Part shown: positions 28,009 through 36,892 of the stretch, piece by piece
How positions within the stretch are numbered: the first letter of the stretch is position 1
How the letters are laid out: the number at the start of each line of letters is the position of its first letter
Source of the DNA: Polyangiaceae bacterium
Lineage (GTDB): Bacteria; Myxococcota_A; Polyangia; Polyangiales; Polyangiaceae
Direction: 5' to 3'
Assembly: GCA_044222475.1 (NCBI GenBank)
Contig: JBGANF010000043.1
Location: forward strand, 1 to 56,266
Length of the DNA: 56,266 nt
The notes under the pieces: model-generated
What the model saw: only the letters and a program-made list of their open reading frames with translations
Told to the model about the DNA's origin: nothing
Database searches by the model: none
Program-made: the position numbers and the translations under genes

Positions 28009-29089
28009 TCACCCTCTAGCGACGAGCGCGCGGCGGGTCGGCGAGCCGGTCTTCTGGAGCAAGCGCGCGACTTGGTTGGCTATCGTCCGCACCGACCGAT
28101 TTCGGCGGTTCGCGACTTCTGCGTTCGATAGACCTGCCGTGACGAGCCTCAGCACCTGCTCCTCCGTCGTGGTCAGGGCCTGCCGCAGGAGTGCCGGGCG
28201 CGTCGGGTAGCAGAGGAGCGCCGCGAGCCGGACGAGCTCGACGCGCCTCGCGAGGCCGATCTTGGCGGTCGCGCTCGCGAGACGAGAAGAGACGCGCGAC
28301 GGGGAGATGCCGTGGCTGTATGCGATGTCGGTTGTCGACGGCGAGGTAGTATCGCTTCCCGCCATCGAAGCGCTCGATGAGGCTCGTCCGGCCGTCGACG
28401 AGGGCCGTCCAGAGATCGAGTGCCTCCGGCGCCCGGCGCGCGCGGCGAGTCCGTGCACGCTCCACTTTGCGCGTGTGCGACTCGAGGAGCTCGCGTGATG
28501 GGGCTCCCGGCTCGATGTGGATGGCTCTCCCGGAAGTGTCGACCACGGCCCGAATCACCTCGGGGTGGCGGCGGAGACGGAGCCCCGCCTCCACGTGGAG
28601 CGCAGCGCGGGTGAGCAGTTCGATGTTCGTACGCGACAATGCGATTGGTGCGTGCGTCGCGGCGAAGAGGACTGCGGACTCGCGGTCCGTCGGGTTCGCG
28701 ACCGCGGCGAGGGCATCAGCGATCCCGAAGTGCGCGCGATACGCCCGAAGCGCACGGCGAGTGCCCCGGGACGCCCGTCGATCCACGCTGGACTGGGTGT
28801 TGATGATGCTGGGCGGGAAGAAGAACAGATCGAATCCAGCGGAGTCCTGCATGGAGAGCTCCTTGAGCCCGCGAAGTCCCATCTCACCGAAGGTCTCCCC
28901 GTAGGCTGCCATTCGGGGCTCGTGCTCCTCGGAGAACGTGGCGCAGATGATCGATACCCACTGCGCGCGAATCACCCCGCGAACTGCGTCGAGCACCCCA
29001 AGCGCCCATTCGTCGTCCGTCTCCGACGGCCGGTAGGCTGCCTCGGCGACCCCCACCCAATCGCCACCGGTGTGGAAGATGGATGCCAT
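28009..29089 (-). pseudogene. Double-LuxR regulator paralog disrupted by a frameshifting internal deletion
   Basis: Aligns end to end with 23871-25037. About 83 nt (PERRP...SGKL) are missing at 28327/28328, and the C-terminal HTH continues in another frame to TGA at 28009. Confidence 0.8.
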
Positions 29090-29186
29090 GTCGCCACGCT
29101 ACCGTGGAACGCCCGTCGAGCTGCGTGCTGCGAAACAAATGACTAAACCTCGAGCCGCGCAGGAACCCGCTGTCGGAACGGACTCT

Positions 29187-30308
29187 TCAAGCTCGGGATT
29201 CTACGTCAGACCCGACGTCCACGCCTTCGATCGAGCCTCCCGGGCCTAGCCGGTAGATCCGCCGACCCCACGTGACGTGCGTTCGGCCGGCGGCCGACCA
29301 CGCGGCGCGGAGGAGCATGAGATCCGCAAGCGGGAGGACCGCGAGCGCCAGCAGCGAGCTCCGACCGCGATACGGACCGAGGATCAGCGCCGCTCCGAGC
29401 GCGAGCCGCGCGGCATAGAGGCACGCGGCTGCGAGCGCGGCGGTCGGATGAAGCGGCGCCAGCGCGAGCGCGATCGGGAGCGACGCGACGAGCGTCGGAT
29501 ACGTCCAGAGAAGACCGGGGCGATGGAGCGACGCGACCCGAAGCCACCGCGCGAGTTGATCGCTCACCGAGCGGACCGTTCGGCGATCATTCACCGTGAC
29601 CGCGACGACGGGCGCCATGCGAACGCGACCGCCGCGCGCGCGCAGCGCATCGACGAGCGCGACGTCGTCCCCGATCGAGGCGACGAGGCTCTCGTAGCCG
29701 CCGATCGCCTCCAGCTCCGCTTGAGGAATCGCGACGAGCTTCCCGGCGAGCGCAGGAGCGCCGCCGGTGATGCGCGCGAGCGCATCGACGGTGGCGAACG
29801 CCTGCGGCGACGCCGTGATCGCGGCGCGCGCCAGGAGCTCCGCGAGCTTCGTTCCGCCGCGCGGCGACGGAGCGGCAAACGCAGTGGTGCGCGCATCGGT
29901 CGCGGCCACGAGGCGATCGAGGTCTCCGGGCTGAAGCTCGACGTCGGCGTCGGCGTGCACGACGACGGTGTCGCGCGTGATCCACCCGAGCGACCAAGCT
30001 TCGCGGTGCGCGATCGCGAGCTGGAGTGCTTTTCGGTTTCCGACCGCGTCGTTCGCGAGTCCGCACTGCGCCGCGCTCACGACGATCCGATGAAGCTCGC
30101 CATCGTACGCGCGCTCGTCGGGAGCCCAGCGCGCGCGGAGCTCGTCGTCGATCGTCTCTGCGCAGCGAAGGAGCACGACCGGTGGACGGTCACTGCGGGT
30201 CGTGCGGCCGCGCGAGGCGAACAGGACCGCGCATGCGGCGACGCACGCGAACACGGCACCGATCGCGCCGACGGCCGCGACGATCTCGATCAAGGGAGCG
30301 TCCCCCAT
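29187..30308 (-). CDS. Glycosyltransferase (GT2/GT21-like), probable carotenoid glucosyltransferase
   Basis: HADAD (DxD), IGGY, GDD, QLARW and VTWGRRIYRL motifs; last gene of the crt operon. Confidence 0.8.
   Translation of the reverse strand: MGDAPLIEIVAAVGAIGAVFACVAACAVLFASRGRTTRSDRPPVVLLRCAETIDDELRARWAPDERAYDGELHRIVVSAAQCGLANDAVGNRKALQLAIAHREAWSLGWITRDTVVVHADADVELQPGDLDRLVAATDARTTAFAAPSPRGGTKLAELLARAAITASPQAFATVDALARITGGAPALAGKLVAIPQAELEAIGGYESLVASIGDDVALVDALRARGGRVRMAPVVAVTVNDRRTVRSVSDQLARWLRVASLHRPGLLWTYPTLVASLPIALALAPLHPTAALAAACLYAARLALGAALILGPYRGRSSLLALAVLPLADLMLLRAAWSAAGRTHVTWGRRIYRLGPGGSIEGVDVGSDVESRA
29218..29279 (-). repeat. att-like direct repeat, right copy; restores the glycosyltransferase 3' end
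   Basis: 58/62 nt identical to 23691-23752. Confidence 0.85.
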
Positions 30309-31285
30309 TCGCCACGATCCGGCCGGGCGAGGCGCAGCGAGATCATCCTCCGAACGAACGGGTGCGAGAGACGTTCGAAGTCGATGTGCTCACCGAGCCC
30401 GACGCGACGGGCTCCGTTCTTCCCCAGCGGGAACGACGCGAGGAACCGATGGTAGAACGGCGCACGTTCGAGCGAGCGAACGCCGGAGAGCGCGTGACCG
30501 GGCTCGGCCTCGAAGACCCGAGGCATCGGCATGAGCCAATTCGCGATCGACGTGCGCGCCCGGCGCGGCGGAAGGATCGACGTTCGGCGTTCGCCGCCGG
30601 TGCCGAAGAGCTCGTGCGATCGTCGCCCGTCCGTCGTCGCGAGGTCGAAGAACACTCGCGTGCGATCGTGATCGTGAACGCGCCCCCACGACCAGCTCGA
30701 CAAGAGCCTCGCCGGCGGTTCGCTGCCGAAGTTGGTGTCGTGGTAGCCGAGCCCCTCGAAGGCGGCGACGCCGTCGACCTCTCCGCGGACGCGCGCGCGC
30801 GGGGCGATCCCGTGCCACTCGTGCTCTCGACCCGAGAGCTGCACTGGCCGCGCGGTGATGGACGGCTCGAGCGGGGTCAGCTCGAACGTTGCGCGGACCG
30901 GGGCGCGGAGCGCGACGCGCGTCTCTTCGATCGCCACGTGGAACGTCCCGTCGGTCGCGCGCGTGAACGACGACCGCGCGATCCGAACGCCGCGCTTCGT
31001 GCGCGCGAAGCGCTCGGCGCCGTACTCGCTGAAGCAGAAGAGCGGCAGCTCACCGCGGCGGTAGTAGACGAAGCTCACCGCCGAGTGGTCGAGCGGGCTC
31101 GCCTCTTCGCCGCGGGCGAGCCGGGCGGCGTACGACGGCGAGAAGATCGACCCGAGGAGGAAGATCGCGGTGAACGCCGAGCGCTCGTCGTCGGCGACGG
31201 CGTCGAAGTACCACCAGCGATACGCCCCCGGGCGCTCGTCCTGGGGTACGAATCGCGGTTGATCGAGCTCGAAGCGCAGCGTCAT
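30290..31285 (-). CDS. crtC: Carotenoid 1,2-hydratase (hydroxyneurosporene synthase)
   Basis: PGAYRWWYFDA, GSIFSPSY, GYHDTNFGSEP, WSWGR and LERAPFY motifs; ATGA overlap with crtD. Confidence 0.88.
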   Translation of the reverse strand: MTLRFELDQPRFVPQDERPGAYRWWYFDAVADDERSAFTAIFLLGSIFSPSYAARLARGEEASPLDHSAVSFVYYRRGELPLFCFSEYGAERFARTKRGVRIARSSFTRATDGTFHVAIEETRVALRAPVRATFELTPLEPSITARPVQLSGREHEWHGIAPRARVRGEVDGVAAFEGLGYHDTNFGSEPPARLLSSWSWGRVHDHDRTRVFFDLATTDGRRSHELFGTGGERRTSILPPRRARTSIANWLMPMPRVFEAEPGHALSGVRSLERAPFYHRFLASFPLGKNGARRVGLGEHIDFERLSHPFVRRMISLRLARPDRGEWGTLP

Positions 31286-32814
31286 CGGAACCACCTCCGA
31301 ACTGCACTGATGCCGCCGGTCGAGGCCATGGTGCGGTGATCGCTCACGATCGTGTCGGCGACGAACCGCCCTCCGCGGATGACCATCGGGACGCCCCCGC
31401 CGGGGTGCGTCGCGCCGCCGACGAAGTAGACGCCCGGCGCGAAGTCGGCGCGGTGCTTGGGCCGCTCGAAGGTCGACGTCGCGCCGTGCGGCGCGGCTCC
31501 GTAGATCGCCCCGCGGGCGCTGCCGGTGCGCGCGATGTCGCTCGCGGTGAGGACCACCTCGGCCCGGATGCGCGCGGAGATGCCTGGCTGGAACCGGCGA
31601 TCGAGCTCGGCGACGATGTGATCCCGCACGCGGCGGACGGTCGCTTCGCCGACGCCGTCGAAGCGCTCGTCGAGAGCCGGGGCGTTGACCATGCAGAAGA
31701 GGGCGCGCCGATCGCCGGGTGGAGCGGAGACGTAGATGGTCGGGTCGCTCCCGATCTCGCCGCGATGGAAGATCGCGTCGAACTCGTCGGCGTAGTCCCG
31801 AGGGAAGAGCACCGTGTGGTGCGCGACGTCGGGCACCGGTCCTTCGATGCCGAGACCGAGGACGAACCCGCTGAGCGACGGCTCACGCTTGGCGAGCCCG
31901 TTGGCGAACGCCGCGGCGCCACGCGACCGGGGAAACAGCCGCTCGGCCGCGGTCAGCGGATCGGCGTTGACCACGACGACGTCGGCGAGGTGCCGTTCGC
32001 GCTCGGTCGCGACGCCGATGGCGCGCCCACGTTCGTCGAGGAGCACCTCGCGAACGCCCTGACCGAGGACGAACCGTACGCCCGCTCGTTCCAGGACGTC
32101 GGCGAGGGCCTGCGCGAGGCGGTGCATCCCACCCGCGGGGTAGAACGCGCCGCGCTCGATCTCCAGGTACGGGATCATGCCGAACGCGCCGGTCGACCGT
32201 GCGGGGTCGCCCCCCGCGTAGGTCGCAAAGCGGCCGACGAACATGCGCATCTCGGCGCTCTCGAACCAGCGGCGCGCCAGGTCGTCGAGCGTGCCGAGCG
32301 CGAGCCCCATCCGGAGCGCGCGCGGGCCACGCCGCAGCGCGCGCTGCGTGTACCCGAGGGCGCCATCGAACGGAGCCTCGAGGTAGGGCTCGCCGGCGAT
32401 CTCCCAGATTTCCTTGCATTCTGCAATAAATCCGTCCCACGCCGCCGCATCCCGAGTCGAGATGCGCGCGATCTGCGCTTTCGTCTTCGCGTGGTCGCCG
32501 GACACGACGAGCTCGCCCCCGTTCGCGAAGAGGTAGCGCGCGACCGGCTCGAGCCGCGTGAGCGAGACGTTCGCGGCGAGCGACGAACCGGCGGCGCGAA
32601 AGGCTTCGTCGACCACGTCCGGCATCGTGAGGAGCGTCGGCCCGGTGTCGAACGTGTAGCCCCCCTGCTCGAGCCGCGCCGCCTTGCCGCCGACCCACGG
32701 CGCCTTCTCGACGACGGTGACCGCGTACCCGGCGGCGTGGAGGTGCGCGGCGGCCGACAGGCCACCGAACCCGGCGCCGACCACCACGACGCGCTGGGGG
32801 GTCATCGATCTCAT
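31282..32814 (-). CDS. crtD: Phytoene desaturase-family protein, probably 1-hydroxycarotenoid 3,4-desaturase
   Basis: GAGFGGL, FDTGPTLLTMP, GRFATYAG, GAIYG and GGATHPGGGVPM motifs; lies between crtB and crtC. Confidence 0.75.
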   Translation of the reverse strand: MRSMTPQRVVVVGAGFGGLSAAAHLHAAGYAVTVVEKAPWVGGKAARLEQGGYTFDTGPTLLTMPDVVDEAFRAAGSSLAANVSLTRLEPVARYLFANGGELVVSGDHAKTKAQIARISTRDAAAWDGFIAECKEIWEIAGEPYLEAPFDGALGYTQRALRRGPRALRMGLALGTLDDLARRWFESAEMRMFVGRFATYAGGDPARSTGAFGMIPYLEIERGAFYPAGGMHRLAQALADVLERAGVRFVLGQGVREVLLDERGRAIGVATERERHLADVVVVNADPLTAAERLFPRSRGAAAFANGLAKREPSLSGFVLGLGIEGPVPDVAHHTVLFPRDYADEFDAIFHRGEIGSDPTIYVSAPPGDRRALFCMVNAPALDERFDGVGEATVRRVRDHIVAELDRRFQPGISARIRAEVVLTASDIARTGSARGAIYGAAPHGATSTFERPKHRADFAPGVYFVGGATHPGGGVPMVIRGGRFVADTIVSDHRTMASTGGISAVRRWFR

Positions 32815-33701
32815 CGGCCCCCCAGCAGCAGCGCGCGCGCCGACACACGGACCTTGCGCACGGTGCTGGTACGCGCCCGCCCGCGAAACGGGTCCCAGTC
32901 TCGGCTGGCGAGGACGCGAAGGATCTCCGAGTAGCTCGCGCGCATCACCCGCACGCAGGCCTGGCCCGAACGCGATCGGATGAACGGAACGCCCTCGTCG
33001 GCGAGTCGGTACAGCTCCTCCGCCCGGCGGGCGGCGTCGCGCATGATCGCCCGAAAACCGTCGCCGGCTGGTCCGGGAGCGACCGAGCCGCGCGACGCGA
33101 AGCGAGCCAGATCCTCCTCGGTGACGCCGTTGTCCCGAAGTGGTACGAGCGGAAGGTAGATGCGGCCGTGCTCCTCGAGGTCTTCGCGCACGTCTCGGAG
33201 GACGTTCGTGATCTGCATCGCGCGCCCGAGCGCCGCTGCGTTCTCGAGCGCGGATCGGTCGCTGACTCCGAAGACCGAGGCCATCATGATCCCGACCGTG
33301 CCCGCCGCGAGCTGGCAGTAATCGAGGAGCTCGTCCCAGGTCGCGTACCGCTTCTTCACCAGGTCCTGCTCCATGCCGCGGATCAGCTCGTGGAGCGCCT
33401 CTTTCGGGATCGCGGTCGCACGCGCGGTGTCGCTGAAGGCGGCGAGGATCGGGTCGCCGCGGTCCTCACCGCGATAGGCGTCGTCCACCTGAGCGCGCAG
33501 ATCCGAGACCCGACCGGCGAGGTCGTTGCCGCCGGTGTCCACCGCGTCGTCGCAGCGACGGCAGAACGCGTACACCGCGAAGGCGCGCTCGCGCGCGATC
33601 GGGCCGAGGAACCGCGATGCGAAGTGAAAGCTCTTCGCGCGATCGCGGGTGATCGCGGCGGCCTGCGCGTAGCCACGGGCGATGAGCGCCTCGTTCTTCA
33701 C
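32811..33701 (-). CDS. crtB: Phytoene synthase
   Basis: AKSFHFAS, VYAFCRRCDDAVD, YCQLAAGTVG and QITNVLRDVRED..GRIYLP motifs. GTG start at 33701 overlaps the crtI stop. Confidence 0.92.
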   Translation of the reverse strand: MKNEALIARGYAQAAAITRDRAKSFHFASRFLGPIARERAFAVYAFCRRCDDAVDTGGNDLAGRVSDLRAQVDDAYRGEDRGDPILAAFSDTARATAIPKEALHELIRGMEQDLVKKRYATWDELLDYCQLAAGTVGIMMASVFGVSDRSALENAAALGRAMQITNVLRDVREDLEEHGRIYLPLVPLRDNGVTEEDLARFASRGSVAPGPAGDGFRAIMRDAARRAEELYRLADEGVPFIRSRSGQACVRVMRASYSEILRVLASRDWDPFRGRARTSTVRKVRVSARALLLGGR

Positions 33702-35161
33702 GCGGCCTGCTCCCGCATGATGCGCTCCGAGACGAGCTTCGCGCCGAGGAGCACGTTCGGAATCCCGGTCGCGGGCTGCGTGCTCGCGCCGACGAAGTAG
33801 AGGTTCCCCAGCACGTCGTCTCGGTTCGGCGGTCGCAACGCGCCAACCTGGAGGAGCGTGTGCGCGAGGCCGAACGCCGACCCGCGCTCGAGCGAGAAAC
33901 GCGAGCTCCAGTCGCGCGGGGTCATCACGTGCTCCTTCTCGATCGCTGCGCCGATCCCCGGCGCGACGGTCGCTTCGAGCCGACGGAGCACGCGGGCGCG
34001 GATCGAATCGATCGACCACTCGTCCGCTTCTGCGTCGTCGCTCGCGAGATGGGGCACTGGGACGAGCACGTAGAGCGCGCTCTTTCCCGCCGGCGCCATC
34101 GTGGGATCGTTCACGACCGGGTTCGCAACGTAGAAGGACGGCTCGTCGGGGACGGTGCGCTCGTCGAAGATCCGGCGAAAGCTCTCCTTGTACTGCGCCG
34201 CGAAGAACACGTTGTGGTGTTGAAGGTCGAACCGACCGTTCACCGCCCAATAGAACATCAGCGCGCTGCTCGTGTACTTCTTGCGGGCGAGCGGGCGATC
34301 GAGGAGCGCCCGGTAGACCCACGGGAGGTCCGCGTTCGCGAGGACGACGTCCGCCTCGATGCGCTCTCCCCCTTCGAGCACGACCGCTCGCGCGGCGGTC
34401 GATCCGCGCTCGATCGAGGCCACCGCGGCGCCATAGCGGATGCGCGCCCCCTGCTCCGTCGCGAGCTTGGCGAGCGCGTCCGCGATGGCGCCGAGCCCGC
34501 CCTTCGCGTGCCAGATGCCGTGCTCGATCTCCGTGTACGGGAGGAGACCGAAGAGCGCCGGCGCTTCGTACGGCGAGAGGCCGAGGTACATCGTCTGGAA
34601 CGTGAGCGCCATGCGGAGACGTTCGTCCTTCACCATCTTGGACACGACGGAGTAGAGGCTCCGGTACGAGCGGCTCCGGATCACGCCGAGGAGCGAGCGG
34701 GCTCCGATCATGTCGCGCTTTCGGTCGAACGTTCGTCCCAGAAAGGTACCGAACGCCACGTCGGTCGAGCGCTTGCCGTGCTCGAGGAAGCGCAGGAACC
34801 CCGGGTACGACCCGGGAGCGAACCGCTCGAGCTCACGGCGCATCGCGACGAGGTCGCTTTGCATCGTGAGCGTGGCGCCGTCGGCGTAGGTGATGCGGTA
34901 GTTCGGGTGGCACCGCACGAGGTCGAGGTAGTCCTCGACGCGGGCGCCGCACTCCGCGAAGTGGCGCCGGAGTACGTCGGGGAACAGCAGGATCGTCGGC
35001 CCGACGTCCCAGCGAAACTCGCCGTCGACGAGCGTGCCGCAACGACCACCCGGGCCCGGCTCCTTCTCGACCACGCGGACGTCGAAGCCCTCCCGCGCGA
35101 GCCGCCCGGCAGCGGCCAAGCCGCCGATGCCGGCGCCGATGATGACGATTCGCTTGGTCAC
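33698..35161 (-). CDS. crtI: Phytoene desaturase
   Basis: IIGAGIGGL, WDVGPTIL, TFQTMYLGLSP, GSAFGLAH and VGASTQPATGIP motifs. GTG start at 35161 with a GGAG SD. Confidence 0.88.
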   Translation of the reverse strand: MTKRIVIIGAGIGGLAAAGRLAREGFDVRVVEKEPGPGGRCGTLVDGEFRWDVGPTILLFPDVLRRHFAECGARVEDYLDLVRCHPNYRITYADGATLTMQSDLVAMRRELERFAPGSYPGFLRFLEHGKRSTDVAFGTFLGRTFDRKRDMIGARSLLGVIRSRSYRSLYSVVSKMVKDERLRMALTFQTMYLGLSPYEAPALFGLLPYTEIEHGIWHAKGGLGAIADALAKLATEQGARIRYGAAVASIERGSTAARAVVLEGGERIEADVVLANADLPWVYRALLDRPLARKKYTSSALMFYWAVNGRFDLQHHNVFFAAQYKESFRRIFDERTVPDEPSFYVANPVVNDPTMAPAGKSALYVLVPVPHLASDDAEADEWSIDSIRARVLRRLEATVAPGIGAAIEKEHVMTPRDWSSRFSLERGSAFGLAHTLLQVGALRPPNRDDVLGNLYFVGASTQPATGIPNVLLGAKLVSERIMREQAA

Positions 35162-35279
35162 GAAGACTCCGATGGTCGCCACCGCCCCCAGTCGCGCAAA
35201 ACGCTCACCTTCGCCCCCGAACCGCTCACGCGGCAACCTGGGCCTTTCATAGAGCATCGACGTGGTTTAAGGAGAACTC

Positions 35280-35822
35280 ATGCGTCGTTTTGCCGCTCTT
35301 TTTGCCGCATCGCTGGGACTGTTCGCGCCTGGGACGTCTGGCGCCGACGACACCGCTCCGCCGGCCGCGCCGCGACCGAACGGCGTGGACTTCACGCTCG
35401 AGACCTCGTCCGGCGGCAACAAGTCGCTCTCGATCTTCCGCGGCAAGGTCGTCGTGATGTTCTACGAGGATCGCCACCACACCGAGACGAACGCGAAGGT
35501 GAAGGAGGCCGTCGGCAAGTACGGCCTCGAGAACAAGCTCCAGGGCAAGGTGGAGGTCCTCGCGGTCGCGAACCTGAAGGGCTACGACTTCAACCCGGCC
35601 GAAGGCATCGCTCGACGCGCGATCCAGGGCATCGCCGCGCGCTTCGGCATCTCGATCTGGATGGACTGGAAGGGCGTCGTGATCGACAAGGTCGGAGTCC
35701 AGGACGGGAACGCGAACGTGGTCGTGTTCGACAAGGACGGCGTCGTCAAATGGAAGCGAGCGGGACGGCTGAGTGAAGTGGATCAGCAGGGATTACTGGA
35801 CGCCGTAAAGGCCGCTCTCTAG
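35280..35822 (+). CDS. Exported thioredoxin-fold protein lacking CxxC (YtfJ-like)
   Basis: Signal peptide; DFTLE...FRGKVVVMFYED, IWMDWKG and VVVFDKDGVV motifs; SD AAGGAG. Confidence 0.7.
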   Translation: MRRFAALFAASLGLFAPGTSGADDTAPPAAPRPNGVDFTLETSSGGNKSLSIFRGKVVVMFYEDRHHTETNAKVKEAVGKYGLENKLQGKVEVLAVANLKGYDFNPAEGIARRAIQGIAARFGISIWMDWKGVVIDKVGVQDGNANVVVFDKDGVVKWKRAGRLSEVDQQGLLDAVKAAL

Positions 35823-35870
35823 CGGGAAGCGTGGACGGCGCGCCCATACACGGGTAGACCGCTCCACCAG

Positions 35871-36866
35871 ATGAACCCGCCCCGCAGCCGCATCATCGGC
35901 TCAGGTCACTTCCTCCCTCCGATCGTGCGGACCAACGCCGATTTGGAGAAGATGGTCGACACGACCGACGCATGGATCCGCGAGCGCTCGGGCATCTCGG
36001 AGCGGCGCATCGCGCCCGAGGGCATGGTCACCAGCGACATGGCGACGCTCGCCGCGAAGGCGGCCCTCGCGCAGTGCGAGCTCACGATCGAGGACATCGA
36101 CATGATCGTCGTCGGGACCATCACGCCCGACATGCCGCTCCCGGCCACCGCGGCGTTCGTCCACGCGAAGCTGGGCGCGCACGACGCGTGCCCCGCGTTC
36201 GACCTGGCGGCTGCGTGCGCCGGGTTCATCTACGGGCTCGCGATCGCCGACGCCTACGTCGGCATCGGAGCGGCGCGCAACGTCCTCGTCATCGGAGTGG
36301 AGATGCTCTCGCGGGTGACGAACTGGAAGGACCGCACGACGTGCGTGCTCTTCGGCGACGGTGCCGGCGCCGTCGTCGTCGGCCCCGCGAAGGGTGACGG
36401 GCGCGGCATCCTCGGCACGAACCTGTTCACCGACGGCTCGCTTACCGGCGCGTTGATCATCCCCGGCGGCGGCACCGCGATGCCTCAGGGAGACCCCGCC
36501 ATCGCGGCCGAGTCGCTGGCGACGATCCAAATGAAGGGCGCCGAGGTCTTCAAGACGGCGGTCAAGAACTTGCACTCTGCAAGTCAGCAAGTCGTCGACG
36601 CCGCGGGCCTCGCGAACGACGACGTCACGTGGGTCGTACCGCACCAGGCGAACCTGCGGATCATCGAGCAGGTCGCGGCGCGGGCGAAGTACCCGATGAC
36701 GAAGGTGCTGACGAACCTGGAGCGCGTCGGGAACACGTCGAGCGCCTCGATCCCGATCCTGTTGGACGAGAAGATGCGAGCCGGCGTCATTCGCGAGGGC
36801 GACGTCGTGCTGAGCTGCGCGTTCGGAGCCGGAGTGAGCTGGGGTGCTGCGCTGATGCGGATGTAG
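35871..36866 (+). CDS. fabH: Beta-ketoacyl-ACP synthase III
   Basis: DTTDAWI, AACAGF, DRTTCVLFGDGAGA, PHQAN, GNTSSAS and FGAGVSWG motifs. Confidence 0.93.
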   Translation: MNPPRSRIIGSGHFLPPIVRTNADLEKMVDTTDAWIRERSGISERRIAPEGMVTSDMATLAAKAALAQCELTIEDIDMIVVGTITPDMPLPATAAFVHAKLGAHDACPAFDLAAACAGFIYGLAIADAYVGIGAARNVLVIGVEMLSRVTNWKDRTTCVLFGDGAGAVVVGPAKGDGRGILGTNLFTDGSLTGALIIPGGGTAMPQGDPAIAAESLATIQMKGAEVFKTAVKNLHSASQQVVDAAGLANDDVTWVVPHQANLRIIEQVAARAKYPMTKVLTNLERVGNTSSASIPILLDEKMRAGVIREGDVVLSCAFGAGVSWGAALMRM

Positions 36867-36892
36867 CGTCGGGAACGCGCTATCCTTCCGTC

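Larger units (their letters stand above)
23691..29279. mobile_element. Integrase-less genomic island inserted in the 3' end of the carotenoid glycosyltransferase gene
   Basis: Flanked by 62-bp direct repeats of the gene's 3' end. Cargo is two LuxR paralogs and several lipoproteins with visibly more A/T-ending codons. Confidence 0.7.

Noticed and set aside
28320..28335. Programmed frameshift in the second LuxR gene
   Set aside because: There is no slippery sequence, and alignment shows loss of about 28 codons, so this is a deletion.
23753..29217. Integrase or transposase within the island
   Set aside because: No ORF with tyrosine/serine recombinase or DDE motifs was found, and no terminal inverted repeats were recognisable.
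35162..35279. CarA/CarH operator upstream of crtI (short repeats AACGCTCAC/ACCGCTCAC)
   Set aside because: The repeats are short, do not form recognisable tandem 11-bp operator units, and no regulator gene is present in the window.
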